Shown: positions 37,470 through 48,317, counted from the stretch's first letter. The stretch: DNA of 64,000 nt from Geobacter sp. (GCA_009684525.1 WKKR01000008.1:23386-87385); one strand, 5' to 3'. The notes: generated by a model not told the origin, from the letters alone. A program made the numbers and translations.

Positions 37470-38177
37470 GTGGCTACCCCGAAGATTCTCCTGGTTGATG
37501 ATGTCAAGCTCCTTCTGGAGTTGGAAAAGAGTTTTCTCAAGCACTCCGCTGTCCGGATACTGACCGCCACCAACGGGAAAGAGGCGTTGGAGGTCATTCG
37601 CAGGGAACGGCCGGACCTGGTCTACATGGACCTCAACATGCCGGTCATGGATGGCAGGGACTGCTGCGCCGCCATCAAGGCCGATCCGCTGCTCCGTTCC
37701 ATCCCCGTCATCATGGTCACCACGGCGGGCAGCGCCTCGGACGAACAGCGCTGTCGCGATGCCGGGTGCGACGATTACCTGACCAAGCCGATCGACCGCC
37801 GCCTCTTCCTGGACAAGGGGCGCCGTTATGCGCCCGACATCGACCGCCGGGAACCGCGGGTCGCCTGTATGACGGAAGTGGCCATTGTCGGGGCAGGGTC
37901 GCTCGACAGCGCCGCCAGTTCCGACATCAGTCTGGGGGGGCTCTACCTGGCAACCGATCGCAACCCATCGTCGGATAAAGAGGTCCGGATCGCCTTCACC
38001 CTGCCGGGCACCAGCACCCGGATCGAGGCAAAGGGGCGCGTGGCCTGGATGAACACCGACCAGGAGCGAAAGAAGCCCCGGCTCCCCATCGGTTTCGGGC
38101 TTGAGTTCACCGAGATCGATACCGACGCCATCAAGGCGATCCGCTACTATGTGGACAAGCAGCGCACCGGGGGCTGA
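37470..38177 (+). CDS. Response regulator receiver fused to PilZ domain
   Basis: ILLVDD, DLNMPVMDG, TKP; RREPR and DISLGG PilZ motifs; GTG start after GGAG. Confidence 0.9.
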   Translation: MATPKILLVDDVKLLLELEKSFLKHSAVRILTATNGKEALEVIRRERPDLVYMDLNMPVMDGRDCCAAIKADPLLRSIPVIMVTTAGSASDEQRCRDAGCDDYLTKPIDRRLFLDKGRRYAPDIDRREPRVACMTEVAIVGAGSLDSAASSDISLGGLYLATDRNPSSDKEVRIAFTLPGTSTRIEAKGRVAWMNTDQERKKPRLPIGFGLEFTEIDTDAIKAIRYYVDKQRTGG

Positions 38178-38204
38178 CGGACCGCGCGCAAGCCCCGGCT
38201 TCGG

Positions 38205-40226
38205 CTAGGCAGCCGATTTCCTCACATCCACCTTGGTGTCGTAAAAGGTACTCCCCTCACCCATGTCGGTAAGCCGCTGGCTGGTCAGCGCGTTCACCGA
38301 GCGCGCCCCCGGCGCGAACTCCAGCCACCAGACCCCCTCGCTCACCACCACCCCCGTTGGGACCTGTTCCGTTACCTTCAACAGAAAGAGCACCTCCCCC
38401 CGGTCGTTCCAGGCCATGACCGCGTCATTGTCTGCCAGCCCCCTGTCTGCCGCGTCTGCCGGGTGCATCATCAGATACATCCCTTCCTGCCGGAGCCGGA
38501 GGTCGTCACGTTCGTAGAATGACGCATTGAGTGCAAAGAGGCTGGGTGCGCTCATCAGGCGGAACGGGTAGGCCGTGTCTGCCTCGTGGTGGGGGGGAAA
38601 ATGGCGGATGAGCGGCTCGGAAAGGTGCGGGTTGTGGATCTCGATCCTGCCCGAGGGGGTGGCATAGGGCCTGGCCGGATCGTGCACCATGGACAGTTCC
38701 ACGGCGCGCCCCGCATCAAGGGGGGTCAGGTCCACCCCTTCACGCCAGGGAGACGGGATGGCGAGGAGATGGTCGATCAAGGCGTCGGCGGTCTGCCCGA
38801 AGAACGGCTCCCGAAAGCCGAGCCGCTGTGCCAGCAGGGAGAAGACCTCCCAGTTGGACTTGCTCTCGCCGACCGGCGGGATGGCAGGCCAGGCGCGCTG
38901 GATGCAATAGTGGCCGTAGGAGCGGTAGATGTCGCTCTGTTCCAGCGAACTGGTGGCGGGAAGGACCAGGTCCGCGTAACGGGCCGTGTCGGTCAGGAAG
39001 CGTTCATGGACCACGGTGAAGAGGTCCTCCCGGGCAAGTCCCGCAAGAACGGCGTTCTGGTCCGGCGCAATGGCCGCCGGATTGGAGTGGTAGACGTAGA
39101 GGCTCATCACCGGCGGATCGTCGAGTTTTGTCAGGGCATGTCCGAGCTGGTTCATGTTGACGATCCTGGTCGGTTTGGGGAGGAAATCCTCGCGCACGAC
39201 CTCTTTCATGGCAAAGGCGCCCGAGGTGGAGACGCCGCAGAGGCAGCCCCCGCCGTCGACGGCATAGGCCCCTACCAGCGCGGGAAGGGCGACGATGCAG
39301 CGGACGGTCATGGCGCCGTTGCCGTAGCGGGAAAGGCCGCTTCCCACGCGGATGAAGGGGGCCCTGGCCCTGCCGAAGGCTGCTGCCAGCTCTTCGATGT
39401 CCGGCTCCGGGATACCGGTGAGCGTGCTTACCCTGCGGGGGTGGTAGTCCGGGAGCACTCCCGCGGTCAGTTCGGCAAAGCCCTGAACCGACCTGGCCAC
39501 GAAGCCCCGGTTCACCAGTCCGTCGCGCGCCAGGATGTGCATGATCCCGAGGCTGAGGGCCGCATCGCTGCCCGGCCTGACCAGGAGGGTCCGGTCTGCT
39601 GCCGCAGCGGTCGGGGTCCGGTAGGTGTCGATCAGCCAGACCCGTGCCCCTTTGCGACGGGCCTCGTTGACCCGGTTCAGGAAATGGACGCTGGTGGCAG
39701 CGGCATTGATCCCCCAGAGGATGATGAGGTCGCTTTTTGCCACACTGTCCGGGTGGGGTGCCGGCGTCTCTCCCATGACCGCCTGCCAGCCGGCATCCTT
39801 GGCCGGCGAACAGATGGTTCGCGCCAGCCGGGAGGCTCCCAGGCGATGGAAAAAGGGGTGGCCGCTGTTGCGCTGGACGATCCCCATGGTACCGGCATAG
39901 GAGTAGGGGAGGATCGCCTCGGCGCCGAAGCGGGCGATGATCTCCTGCCAGCGCTCGCAGATCAGGTCAAGCGCCTCGTCCCACGACACGGGCCGGAAAT
40001 CGCCGCTCCCCTTGTTGCCACGACGGACGAGCGGGCTCGTCAGCCGGCGCGGCGAATGTACCGTTTCCTCGTACCGGTTCATCTTGACGCAGAGGGTGCC
40101 GCGGCTGTAGGGGTGGTCGGGATCGCCGGCTACCCGCACGGCCCGGTCGTTTTCCACGGTGACCAGCAGGCCGCAGGCGTCGGGGCAGTCGTAGGGGCAG
40201 ACCGATCTCTTGATGCTCTGATCCAT
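38205..40226 (-). CDS. Cytoplasmic molybdopterin oxidoreductase (FdhF/YoaE-like)
   Basis: CPYDCPDACG Fe-S motif, GTLCVK, TDTARYADLVLPA, MHPADA; no Tat signal. Confidence 0.9.
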   Translation of the reverse strand: MDQSIKRSVCPYDCPDACGLLVTVENDRAVRVAGDPDHPYSRGTLCVKMNRYEETVHSPRRLTSPLVRRGNKGSGDFRPVSWDEALDLICERWQEIIARFGAEAILPYSYAGTMGIVQRNSGHPFFHRLGASRLARTICSPAKDAGWQAVMGETPAPHPDSVAKSDLIILWGINAAATSVHFLNRVNEARRKGARVWLIDTYRTPTAAAADRTLLVRPGSDAALSLGIMHILARDGLVNRGFVARSVQGFAELTAGVLPDYHPRRVSTLTGIPEPDIEELAAAFGRARAPFIRVGSGLSRYGNGAMTVRCIVALPALVGAYAVDGGGCLCGVSTSGAFAMKEVVREDFLPKPTRIVNMNQLGHALTKLDDPPVMSLYVYHSNPAAIAPDQNAVLAGLAREDLFTVVHERFLTDTARYADLVLPATSSLEQSDIYRSYGHYCIQRAWPAIPPVGESKSNWEVFSLLAQRLGFREPFFGQTADALIDHLLAIPSPWREGVDLTPLDAGRAVELSMVHDPARPYATPSGRIEIHNPHLSEPLIRHFPPHHEADTAYPFRLMSAPSLFALNASFYERDDLRLRQEGMYLMMHPADAADRGLADNDAVMAWNDRGEVLFLLKVTEQVPTGVVVSEGVWWLEFAPGARSVNALTSQRLTDMGEGSTFYDTKVDVRKSAA

Positions 40227-40415
40227 TGTTTCGTCTCCTTGCAGATGACCGACGCTTCCCAGTATAGCGGAAAAATGCCGCGTCGTCGTCGGGAAACAGC
40301 GTTTGTGTCCCGCTCGGCTGGGAGGCTTTTTGCTTGCCCGAACCGGTGCTTCCTGCTATATAATCCGGGGCAGAGGAGTGTATACACTGTTATCGCTCCG
40401 CAGAAAGGATTTACC

Positions 40416-41303
40416 ATGGAACTGGATCGGGAACTGACCGCTCAGCTGAAGCGGGTGCTGACTTCCCTCGAACAGCTCCTTCCCCGGCCGGTGGGACGCA
40501 TCGACTGGAAGGGGTGTTATGCCGCCAACTGGCACCGTCATTCCTTTGCCGGATACCTTGAGCCGCTGGACATGATCGAAGGGATCAGGCTGGACGATCT
40601 GCTCGGCATCGACAAGCAGAAACGGATGGTAGAGGAGAATACCCGGCAGTTCCTGGCCGGATTTCCCGCCAACAACATTCTCCTCTGGGGAACCCGCGGC
40701 ACCGGCAAGTCGTCGCTGGTCAGGGCGCTGCTCAACCAGTACGCCGATGCGGGGCTCAGGGTGGTCCAGGTGGACAAGGACGACCTGGTGCACCTGCCCG
40801 ACATCGTCGACGAGGTCAGGGAGCATCCCTACAAGTTCATCGTCTTCTCCGACGATCTCTCCTTCGAAACCGGCGAGTCGAGCTACAAGATGCTCAAAAG
40901 CGCCCTCGACGGCTCGGTCTATGCCCCGCCCCCCAATGTGCTGATCTACGTCACCTCCAACCGCCGTCACCTGTTGCCCGAGTACGAGAGCGACAATCGC
41001 GGCGCCATGCTGGTCAATAATGAGCTCCACCACGGCGAGGCGGTCGAGGAGAAGATCTCGCTGTCGGGCCGGTTCGGCCTCTGGGTCGGGTTCCACCCTT
41101 TCAGCCAGGACCAGTACCTGGAGGTGGTGCGCCAGTGGGTCGAATCCTACGGCCGAAAGCACGGGGTTACGGCCCCCTGGGACGATGACGCGCGTGAGGC
41201 GGCGATCCTCTGGTCCCAGAAGAAGGGGGACCGGAGCGGCAGGATCGCCAACCAGTTCGCCAGCGACTGGGTCGGGAAAAAACTGTTGAATATCGGCTCG
41301 TAG
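40416..41303 (+). CDS. AAA+ ATP-binding protein (DUF815 family)
   Basis: LLWGTRGTGKSS, FIVFSDDLSF, YVTSNRRHLLPE, EEKISLS.RFGLW; AAGGA RBS before ATG 40416. Confidence 0.9.
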   Translation: MELDRELTAQLKRVLTSLEQLLPRPVGRIDWKGCYAANWHRHSFAGYLEPLDMIEGIRLDDLLGIDKQKRMVEENTRQFLAGFPANNILLWGTRGTGKSSLVRALLNQYADAGLRVVQVDKDDLVHLPDIVDEVREHPYKFIVFSDDLSFETGESSYKMLKSALDGSVYAPPPNVLIYVTSNRRHLLPEYESDNRGAMLVNNELHHGEAVEEKISLSGRFGLWVGFHPFSQDQYLEVVRQWVESYGRKHGVTAPWDDDAREAAILWSQKKGDRSGRIANQFASDWVGKKLLNIGS

Positions 41304-41359
41304 CCGAAGGCTGCGGGTCCCGGAATAGCCACGAATATGCAATCAAGGAGGAATTACCT

Positions 41360-42349
41360 ATGAAAGCAGTCCTGATGGAGGGTTTTGGCGGCCTGGAAGT
41401 CCTGAAGGTCGGAGAGGCCGAGCGGCCCACGCCGGCGGAAGGGCAGGTCCTGGTAAAGGTGATGGCGACCAGCATCAACCGCCCCGACCTGGTACAGCGT
41501 GAAGGCAAGTATCCGCCGCCGCCGGGGGATTCGGTCATCCTCGGCCTGGAAGTGGCCGGGGTTATCGAGGAGCTCGGTCCCGGCGTCACCGGCTGGCAGA
41601 AGGGGGAGCGGGTCATGTCGCTGGTTGGTGGCGGCGGTTATGCCGAATATGCGGTTGCCTACGCCAGCCACCTGATGCGGATACCGGAAAGCATGAGCTT
41701 CGAGGAGGCGGCATGTGTCTGCGAATCCTACATCACCGCCTTCCTCAACGTCTTCATGATCGGCGGCCTGAAGGACAATAACACCACCATCCTGCATGGC
41801 GGCGGCGGCGGGGTGAACACCGCGGCCATCCAGCTCTGCAAGGCCCTGGTTCCCAATACCCGGATCATCGCCACTGCCAGCCCGGCCAAGATGCCCAAGG
41901 TCAAGGAGCTGGGGGCCGACCTGGTCATCGACTTCACTACCACCCCGGACTTCTCCGAGGCGGTCAAGGAATTCACCAACAAGAAGGGGGTGGATGTCAT
42001 CCTCGATCATGTGGGTGCCAAGTACCTTGCCCCCAACATGAACTCCCTCGGTTATGCCGGCAGGCTGGTCATCATCGGCGTCATCAGCGGGATCAAGGCC
42101 GAGCTGAACCTGGCCCTGATGATGGTGAAGCGCCAGCAGATCATCGGCAGCGTGCTCCGTTCCCGTCCGGTAAGGGACAAGGGGGAGATCGTCGCCGAGT
42201 TCACGAAGACCGCGCTCCCCAAATTCGCCGACCGGACCATCGTGCCGATCATCGAGAAGGTCTTCACCATCGACCAGGTGGTGGAGGCGCACCGGATGAT
42301 GGAAGAAGACAAGCACTTCGGCAAGATCGTCCTGAAGATCGGCGCCTGA
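41360..42349 (+). CDS. NAD(P)H:quinone oxidoreductase (PIG3 / zeta-crystallin family)
   Basis: INRPDLVQREGKYPPPPG, LGLEVAG, HGGGGGVNT, IIGSVLRSR. Confidence 0.92.
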   Translation: MKAVLMEGFGGLEVLKVGEAERPTPAEGQVLVKVMATSINRPDLVQREGKYPPPPGDSVILGLEVAGVIEELGPGVTGWQKGERVMSLVGGGGYAEYAVAYASHLMRIPESMSFEEAACVCESYITAFLNVFMIGGLKDNNTTILHGGGGGVNTAAIQLCKALVPNTRIIATASPAKMPKVKELGADLVIDFTTTPDFSEAVKEFTNKKGVDVILDHVGAKYLAPNMNSLGYAGRLVIIGVISGIKAELNLALMMVKRQQIIGSVLRSRPVRDKGEIVAEFTKTALPKFADRTIVPIIEKVFTIDQVVEAHRMMEEDKHFGKIVLKIGA

Positions 42350-42362
42350 GGGGGATCCGCAC

Positions 42363-42653
42363 ATGATAGCCCATATCGTTCTGTTCAAACTCAAGGAGGC
42401 GACTCCCGCAGGGATCGCCGAGGTCCGCGACAAGCTGCTCAGCATGGAGGGGAAGATCCCCATGCTCAGGCACCTGGAGGTCGGGGTGGACGTGATCCGC
42501 TCCGAACGCTCCTACGACGTTGCGCTCTACACCCGCTTCGACTCGATGCCTGACCTGCAGGCCTACCAGGTCCACCCCTACCATGCCGGCGAGGTGGTGC
42601 CGCTCATGAAGGCAGTCTGCAGTTCCATCATTGCCGTCGATTACGAGATGTAG
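42363..42653 (+). CDS. Dabb (stress-responsive A/B barrel) protein
   Basis: HIVLFKLK, YD.AL...F.....L.AYQ.HPYH. Confidence 0.9.
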   Translation: MIAHIVLFKLKEATPAGIAEVRDKLLSMEGKIPMLRHLEVGVDVIRSERSYDVALYTRFDSMPDLQAYQVHPYHAGEVVPLMKAVCSSIIAVDYEM

Positions 42654-42676
42654 CGTTACCTTCCGACCACGCAGTG

Positions 42677-42707
42677 AAACGGCCTGTTCCCGCAGGCCGT
42701 TTTTTTT
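42677..42707 (+). terminator. Intrinsic terminator
   Basis: AAACGGCCTG-TTCCCG-CAGGCCGTTT followed by T tract. Confidence 0.85.
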
Positions 42708-42894
42708 ATGCGCTCTCCCTCTGCTGCCGGAATTCCACGTGAATTTTTGGCATTGCACCAGTTCGCGCCGTTCTCCTCCTTCATTTCCTTCGGGGTGGGC
42801 ACTATCCTGAACCGTCGGATGAAGCGTCGGATCCTGCTTCATGTCAACGAATCCTGCCGAATTGCGCTTTCACAGAAGCAGCGAAAATTTCCGC

Positions 42895-42923
42895 TTGACA
42901 AATTCAAATGGCCATTTTAAATT
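42895..42923 (+). promoter_or_regulatory. Sigma70 promoter with palindromic operator in the spacer
   Basis: TTGACA-N17-TAAATT; AAATGGCCATTT perfect palindrome at 42906-42917. Confidence 0.75.
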
Positions 42924-42961
42924 ATCGATTAAAACACGTGATGCGCTGTGCCGGAGGAGAC

Positions 42962-43615
42962 ATGACACGGAAGAGATCTGTTGCAACCAAGGAGAAGCTG
43001 CTGGCAGCGGCCAGCGACGTCTTCCTCGAAAAGGGGTATCGCGATGCGACGGTGGCGGAGATCTGCGCCCGCGCCGAGGCCAACATCGCCTCGATCAATT
43101 ACCATTTCGGCAGCAAGGAGACCCTCTACCAGGAGGCGTGGCGGCACTCCTTCGCCCAGTCGATCAAGGCCCATCCCCAGGACGGCGGGGTGAGCGAGGC
43201 TGCGCCGGCTGAGGAGCGGCTGCGGGGGCAGATGCGGGCACTGATCGAGCGGATCGCCGACGAGAACACCAAGGACTTCTTCATCTCCCAGATGGAGTTC
43301 GTCAATCCGACCGGGCTTCTGGCCGAGGTGATGCGGTCCGAATTCGTCCCGCTACGCGAAAAGACCCTGGCAGTGGTCCGGGAACTCCTGGGGCCGCAGG
43401 CGACGGAGCAGCAGGTTGCCTACTGCGAGACCTGCATCATCAGCATCTGTCTCCACCCGCTGCTGGTCCATCGAGTCCGCAAGAGAGCAAGGCAGGGCGA
43501 TATGCCGGTGGTCATCGAAGACCTCGGCGACTTTGCCGACCATGTGACCACTTTCGCCCTGGCAGGGCTCGCCGCCGTGCGCGATCAGGCCCGGCAAGGA
43601 GAGGGACGCGCATGA
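42962..43615 (+). CDS. TetR family regulator (CerR/YbiH-like C-terminal domain)
   Basis: ATVAEICARAEANIASINYHFGSKETLY HTH; GGAGG RBS. Confidence 0.9.
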   Translation: MTRKRSVATKEKLLAAASDVFLEKGYRDATVAEICARAEANIASINYHFGSKETLYQEAWRHSFAQSIKAHPQDGGVSEAAPAEERLRGQMRALIERIADENTKDFFISQMEFVNPTGLLAEVMRSEFVPLREKTLAVVRELLGPQATEQQVAYCETCIISICLHPLLVHRVRKRARQGDMPVVIEDLGDFADHVTTFALAGLAAVRDQARQGEGRA

Positions 43616-45054
43616 ACATTCCGCATCTTCGATACCTGCCGGTCGTGATGGCAACCCTCGGGCTTACCGCCTGCGTCACGGTCGGACCGGATTACAAGCC
43701 GGCAGCGACCGACCTGTCGGCCGGCTGGAGCCGGCTCGATCAGGCGGCACAGCCGGTGGCGATCGCCACGGAGACCGGCGATCTCAGCCAGTGGTGGCAA
43801 CGCCTGAACGACCCGCTGCTGACCGGACTGGTGGAGGAGGCCCTGCAGACAAGCCTTGACCTGCGTAGCGCCCAGGCCAGGCTGCGCGAGGCCCGCGCTC
43901 GCCGCTCGGTTGCCACGGCCGACCGGTTCCCGAGCGTGACCGCATCCGGCAGCGCCAGCCGGAGCCGTTCAAGCGAGGATACCGGCAGCGGCAACACGAA
44001 CAACCTGTTCAGTGTCGGTTTCGACGCCAGCTGGGAGCTGGACCTGTTCGGCGGCATCCGCCGCAGCGTCGAGGCTGCCACGGCCGACCTGGAGTCTTCG
44101 GCGGCAAGCCTGCAGGAGACCAGGGTTTCGCTGGCGGCCGAGGTGGCGCTGAACTACGTTGAGGTGCGTTCCCTGCAGACCCGGCTCGGCATTGCCAGTG
44201 CAAACCTCGCCAGTCAGACCGAAACGTTGCAGCTCACCGACTGGCGCGCCCAGGCCGGGCTCGTCAATAGCCAGGACGTAGAGCAGGCGCGAAGCCTTCG
44301 GGAACAGACCCGGGCCCAGATCCCCAGCCTGGAAATCAGCCTGGCAGAAGCGGAACACCGCCTGGATATCCTTCTGGGCAAGGTACCGGGGACGCTGCAC
44401 CAGCGGCTCGCCGTAGCCGGCAGTCTGCCGGTTGTGCCCGACAGGGTCGCAGTGGGCATCCCGGCCGACACGCTTCGCCAGCGCCCCGACGTTCGGAAGG
44501 CGGAGCGGACCCTGGCGGCAGAAACCGCCCGTGTGGGTGTGGCCGAGGCAGCGCGCTATCCCACCTTTACGCTCTCGGGCTCCATCGGTCTCGAAGCGCT
44601 GACCGTGGGGGCGCTCGGCAACAGCGGCTCAGCCGCGTCGTCGCTCTTTGCCGGCATCACTGCCCCGGTCTTCAATGCCGGCAAGCTGCGCAACCAGGTG
44701 GAGATCCAGGATGCGGTGCGCGAGCAGGCCCAGGTGGCCTATGAACAGACCGTGCTCAGTGCGTTGCAGGACGTGGAAAACGGGCTGGTTGCCCTGGCCC
44801 GCACCCGCGAGCGGGGCGAGGCCCTGGCAAGCGCCGCCGAGTCAGCGCGGAATGCGTCGCAACTTGCGCGCCAGCGCTACGGCGCCGGCCTGATCGATTT
44901 CCAGTCGGTGCTCGACACCGAACGGAGCGTGCTCACCATCGAGGACAGCCTCGCCAGCACCCGCGCCGACGGCGTGCTGGCACTCATCCGTTTATACAAG
45001 GCGCTGGGCGGCGGCTGGTCGCCCCAGGCCGAAGCAGGCAAGGAGACCCCATGA
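43612..45054 (+). CDS. Outer-membrane efflux lipoprotein (NodT/OprM type)
   Basis: LTAC lipobox, SWELDLFG, LRQRPDV, LYKALGGGW. Confidence 0.93.
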   Translation: MNIPHLRYLPVVMATLGLTACVTVGPDYKPAATDLSAGWSRLDQAAQPVAIATETGDLSQWWQRLNDPLLTGLVEEALQTSLDLRSAQARLREARARRSVATADRFPSVTASGSASRSRSSEDTGSGNTNNLFSVGFDASWELDLFGGIRRSVEAATADLESSAASLQETRVSLAAEVALNYVEVRSLQTRLGIASANLASQTETLQLTDWRAQAGLVNSQDVEQARSLREQTRAQIPSLEISLAEAEHRLDILLGKVPGTLHQRLAVAGSLPVVPDRVAVGIPADTLRQRPDVRKAERTLAAETARVGVAEAARYPTFTLSGSIGLEALTVGALGNSGSAASSLFAGITAPVFNAGKLRNQVEIQDAVREQAQVAYEQTVLSALQDVENGLVALARTRERGEALASAAESARNASQLARQRYGAGLIDFQSVLDTERSVLTIEDSLASTRADGVLALIRLYKALGGGWSPQAEAGKETP

Positions 45055-46346
45055 ACGAATCAACCACTCCTCAAAACGACCAGGGTGCTGCCCTGAAACA
45101 ACTCATCGAGACCCGGCACGGCGGGCTGCTCTCACGCCGCTGGCTCTGGCTGGCCGCTGCGTTGCTGCTGATCGCCGCTGCAAGCATCTTCTTCTTTCGC
45201 TCCAACACGAAAGGGGCAACGCCGCGTTACACCACCGAACCGGCAGCGGTCGGCGGGCTGATCGTCAAGGTTTCGGCCACCGGCAACCTGCAGCCGACCA
45301 ACAAGGTGGACGTGGGGAGCGAGCTCTCCGGCATCGTCGACAAGGTGTTCGTCGACGACAACGATCGGGTCAGGATGGGGCAGGTGCTGGCCCGCCTCGA
45401 TCTCTCCAAGCTGCGGGACGCGGTGGCGAAGTCGCGCGCCAGCCTGGCTGCGGCCGAGGCTCAGGTTCTGCAGATGCAGGCCACGGTGACCGAGTCGCGC
45501 GCTGCACTGGCGCGGTACCGGCAGGTATCCCAGCTCTCCGGCGGCAAGGTGCCGTCCAGGAGCGAGATGGACACTGCCGAGGCCAACCTGAAGCGCGCCG
45601 AGGCCAACGAGGCCAATGCCCGCGCTAGCGTCACGCAGGCACGGGCCACGCTGCAATCGGACGAGACCAACCTCTCCAAGGCCAGCATCCGCTCCCCCAT
45701 CAACGGCGTGGTGCTGAAGCGGAGCGTGGAGCCGGGGCAGACCGTGGCCGCTTCCTTCCAGGCACCGGTTCTGTTCACGCTGGCCGAAGATCTGGCAAAG
45801 ATGGAGCTGCAGGTAGATGTGGACGAGGCCGATGTGGGGCAGGTAAAGGTCGGCCAAAAAGCTACGTTTACCGTCGATGCCTGGCCCGGCCGCCGGTATG
45901 ATGCCGTCATCACCCGGGTCGGCTTTGGCTCCCAGGTAAAGGACGGTGTGATCTCCTACCTCACCGTGCTCCAGGTAGAGAACTCTGATCTCTCCCTGCG
46001 TCCCGGCATGACCGGCACCGCCGAGATCACCACCCTGACGCGCGACAATGCGCTGCTGGTGCCGAACGCTGCGCTCCGCTTCACCCCGGCGACGACTGCC
46101 GCAACGCAGAAAAAATCCGGGGGGAGTGTGGTGGGTGCGTTGATACCGCGGCCGCCGAGCCAGGCGCCAAAGGCCCTGGCAAAGGTCGAAGGGGGCATGC
46201 AGCGCGTCTGGGTGCTGCAAGACGGCCAGCCCGTAGCCGTCGAGGTCAAGACCGGCGCCAGCAACGGCCGAATGACCGAGATCGTCGGCGGATCGCTCAA
46301 GGCCGGCATGCAGGTGATCACCGAGGCGCTGGAGAGTTCGTCATGA
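45051..46346 (+). CDS. MacA-type membrane fusion protein
   Basis: ATGNLQP..VDVGSELSG, IRSPINGVVL, GQTVAASFQAP, LRPGMT. Confidence 0.92.
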   Translation: MNESTTPQNDQGAALKQLIETRHGGLLSRRWLWLAAALLLIAAASIFFFRSNTKGATPRYTTEPAAVGGLIVKVSATGNLQPTNKVDVGSELSGIVDKVFVDDNDRVRMGQVLARLDLSKLRDAVAKSRASLAAAEAQVLQMQATVTESRAALARYRQVSQLSGGKVPSRSEMDTAEANLKRAEANEANARASVTQARATLQSDETNLSKASIRSPINGVVLKRSVEPGQTVAASFQAPVLFTLAEDLAKMELQVDVDEADVGQVKVGQKATFTVDAWPGRRYDAVITRVGFGSQVKDGVISYLTVLQVENSDLSLRPGMTGTAEITTLTRDNALLVPNAALRFTPATTAATQKKSGGSVVGALIPRPPSQAPKALAKVEGGMQRVWVLQDGQPVAVEVKTGASNGRMTEIVGGSLKAGMQVITEALESSS

Positions 46347-47047
46347 GCGACATCCCCCTGATCAGGCTCTCCGGCATCACCAAGACCTATGGCCGCGGCC
46401 AGGCCGCCTTCCAGGCGTTGAAGGGGATCGACCTGGCCATCGAATCGGGCGATTTCGTCGCCATCATGGGGCACAGCGGTTCCGGCAAGTCGACCACGAT
46501 GAATATCCTCGGCTGCCTCGACACGCCCACCAGCGGCAGCTACGAATTCCAGGGGGTGCGGGTGGAAGAGCTGCAGCGCAACCAGCGGGCGCTCCTGCGG
46601 CGCCATTATCTCGGCTTCGTGTTCCAGGGGTTCAACCTGCTGTCGCGCACCACCGCGCTGGAGAACGTCGAACTGCCGCTGATCTATCGCGGCGAGGCCG
46701 CAGCCTCCCGCCATGCCGCGGCGCGCGAGGCTTTAAGGCAGGTGGGCCTGCAGGAATGGGAGCACCATACCCCGGCCGAGCTGTCCGGCGGGCAGCAGCA
46801 GCGGGTCGCCATTGCCCGCGCCATCGTCACCCGGCCCGCGGTGCTCCTGGCCGACGAGCCGACCGGTAACCTGGACACCCGCACCAGCCAGGAAATCATG
46901 GAACTGATCGGTACGTTTAACCGTGAGCAGGGCATCACCGTGCTCATGGTCACCCACGAGCCCGACATCGCGGCATATGCCAAACGGGTCATCCGTTTTG
47001 TCGACGGCCGGGTGGAGAGCGACCGTCGGAACGGGGAGGCTGCCTGA
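46343..47047 (+). CDS. MacB-type ABC ATPase subunit
   Basis: GHSGSGKST, LSGGQQQR, LADEPTGNLD. Confidence 0.93.
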   Translation: MSDIPLIRLSGITKTYGRGQAAFQALKGIDLAIESGDFVAIMGHSGSGKSTTMNILGCLDTPTSGSYEFQGVRVEELQRNQRALLRRHYLGFVFQGFNLLSRTTALENVELPLIYRGEAAASRHAAAREALRQVGLQEWEHHTPAELSGGQQQRVAIARAIVTRPAVLLADEPTGNLDTRTSQEIMELIGTFNREQGITVLMVTHEPDIAAYAKRVIRFVDGRVESDRRNGEAA

Positions 47048-48249
47048 TGCTCTGGAATACGCTGCTGCTCTCGATGCGCGCCATCCGGCGCAACCTGCTC
47101 CGTTCGTTCCTCACCATTCTCGGTATCGTCATCGGCGTCGCCGCCGTCATCACCATGGTCACGCTTGGCAACGGCGCCACCAGGTCCGTGTCCGACCAGA
47201 TTTCCAGCATGGGGAGCAATCTGCTGATGGTGATTCCGGGCCAGCGATTCGGCCCTGGCTCCGATGGGGCGCCCAAATTCAAAAGCGCCGATGTCGAGGC
47301 CATCCGCAACCAGATCACCGCTGCCGAAAAGGTTGCGCCGGTGGTCAGCAAAACCGTGACCACCGTCTACCAGGCCAATAACTGGTCCACGGTCATCAGC
47401 GGCAGCAATAGCGACTATTTCCAGGCCGGCAACTGGGAGCTGGCTGCAGGCAGGAGCTTCAACGAGGCTGAAGAACGTTCCGGCAAGGCGGTCTGCGTCA
47501 TCGGCGAGACCGTGCGCACCAAGCTGTTCGGTCGGCAGAACCCGGTGGGGAGCGAAATCCGGATCAAGCAGTTCTCGTGCGAGGTGATCGGCCTGCTCAA
47601 GTCCAAGGGGCAGTCGGCCATGGGCTCGGACCAGGACGATACCGTGGTGATGCCGATTCGTACCGTGCAGCGCCGCCTCACCGGCACTCAGGATATCGGT
47701 CGGTTGACCGTCTCGGTGAAGGATGGCGCATCCATCGATGGGGTGAAGAAGCAGCTTACCCTGCTGATGCGCGAGCGGCGCAACATCGGCGAGAACGAGG
47801 AGGACGACTTCCGCGTCATGGATACCCGGCAGATCGCCGAAACCCTCACCAGCACCACCAAGATCCTTACCATGCTGCTCGGTGCGGTGGCTGCGGTGAG
47901 CCTGCTGGTGGGGGGCATCGGCATCATGAACATCATGCTGGTGTCGGTCACCGAGCGGACCCGCGAGATCGGCATCCGTCTCGCCATAGGCGCGCTGGAA
48001 CGGGAGGTGCTGCTGCAGTTCCTCATCGAGGCAGTGGTCCTGTCGAGCCTCGGCGGTGTGGTCGGCATAGCTCTGGCAACCGGAGCCTCCATCGTCCTTG
48101 CCGGCCTCATGGGGGTGCCCTACCAGTTCTACGTCGGCATCAACCTTCTCTCCTTCATCTTTTCCGCCGCCATCGGCGTGATCTTCGGCTATTTCCCGGC
48201 GCGCCGGGCAGCCGGGCTCAATCCGATCGACGCGCTGCGGTACGAGTGA
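47047..48249 (+). CDS. MacB-type ABC permease subunit
   Basis: RSFLTILGIVIGV, GGIGIMNIMLVSVTERTREIGIR, PIDALRYE. Confidence 0.93.
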   Translation: MLWNTLLLSMRAIRRNLLRSFLTILGIVIGVAAVITMVTLGNGATRSVSDQISSMGSNLLMVIPGQRFGPGSDGAPKFKSADVEAIRNQITAAEKVAPVVSKTVTTVYQANNWSTVISGSNSDYFQAGNWELAAGRSFNEAEERSGKAVCVIGETVRTKLFGRQNPVGSEIRIKQFSCEVIGLLKSKGQSAMGSDQDDTVVMPIRTVQRRLTGTQDIGRLTVSVKDGASIDGVKKQLTLLMRERRNIGENEEDDFRVMDTRQIAETLTSTTKILTMLLGAVAAVSLLVGGIGIMNIMLVSVTERTREIGIRLAIGALEREVLLQFLIEAVVLSSLGGVVGIALATGASIVLAGLMGVPYQFYVGINLLSFIFSAAIGVIFGYFPARRAAGLNPIDALRYE

Positions 48250-48317
48250 AAACGACCATGGCAATACGGTCTGGCAGGATTAACGCTGGGGTCTTGCCGG
48301 CGACGGCGAGGTTCTGA

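Noticed and set aside
38586-41303. 905-aa ORF as one protein
   Set aside because: The first 610 codons are the antisense shadow of the molybdopterin enzyme plus intergenic DNA; the real gene starts at ATG 40416 after an RBS.
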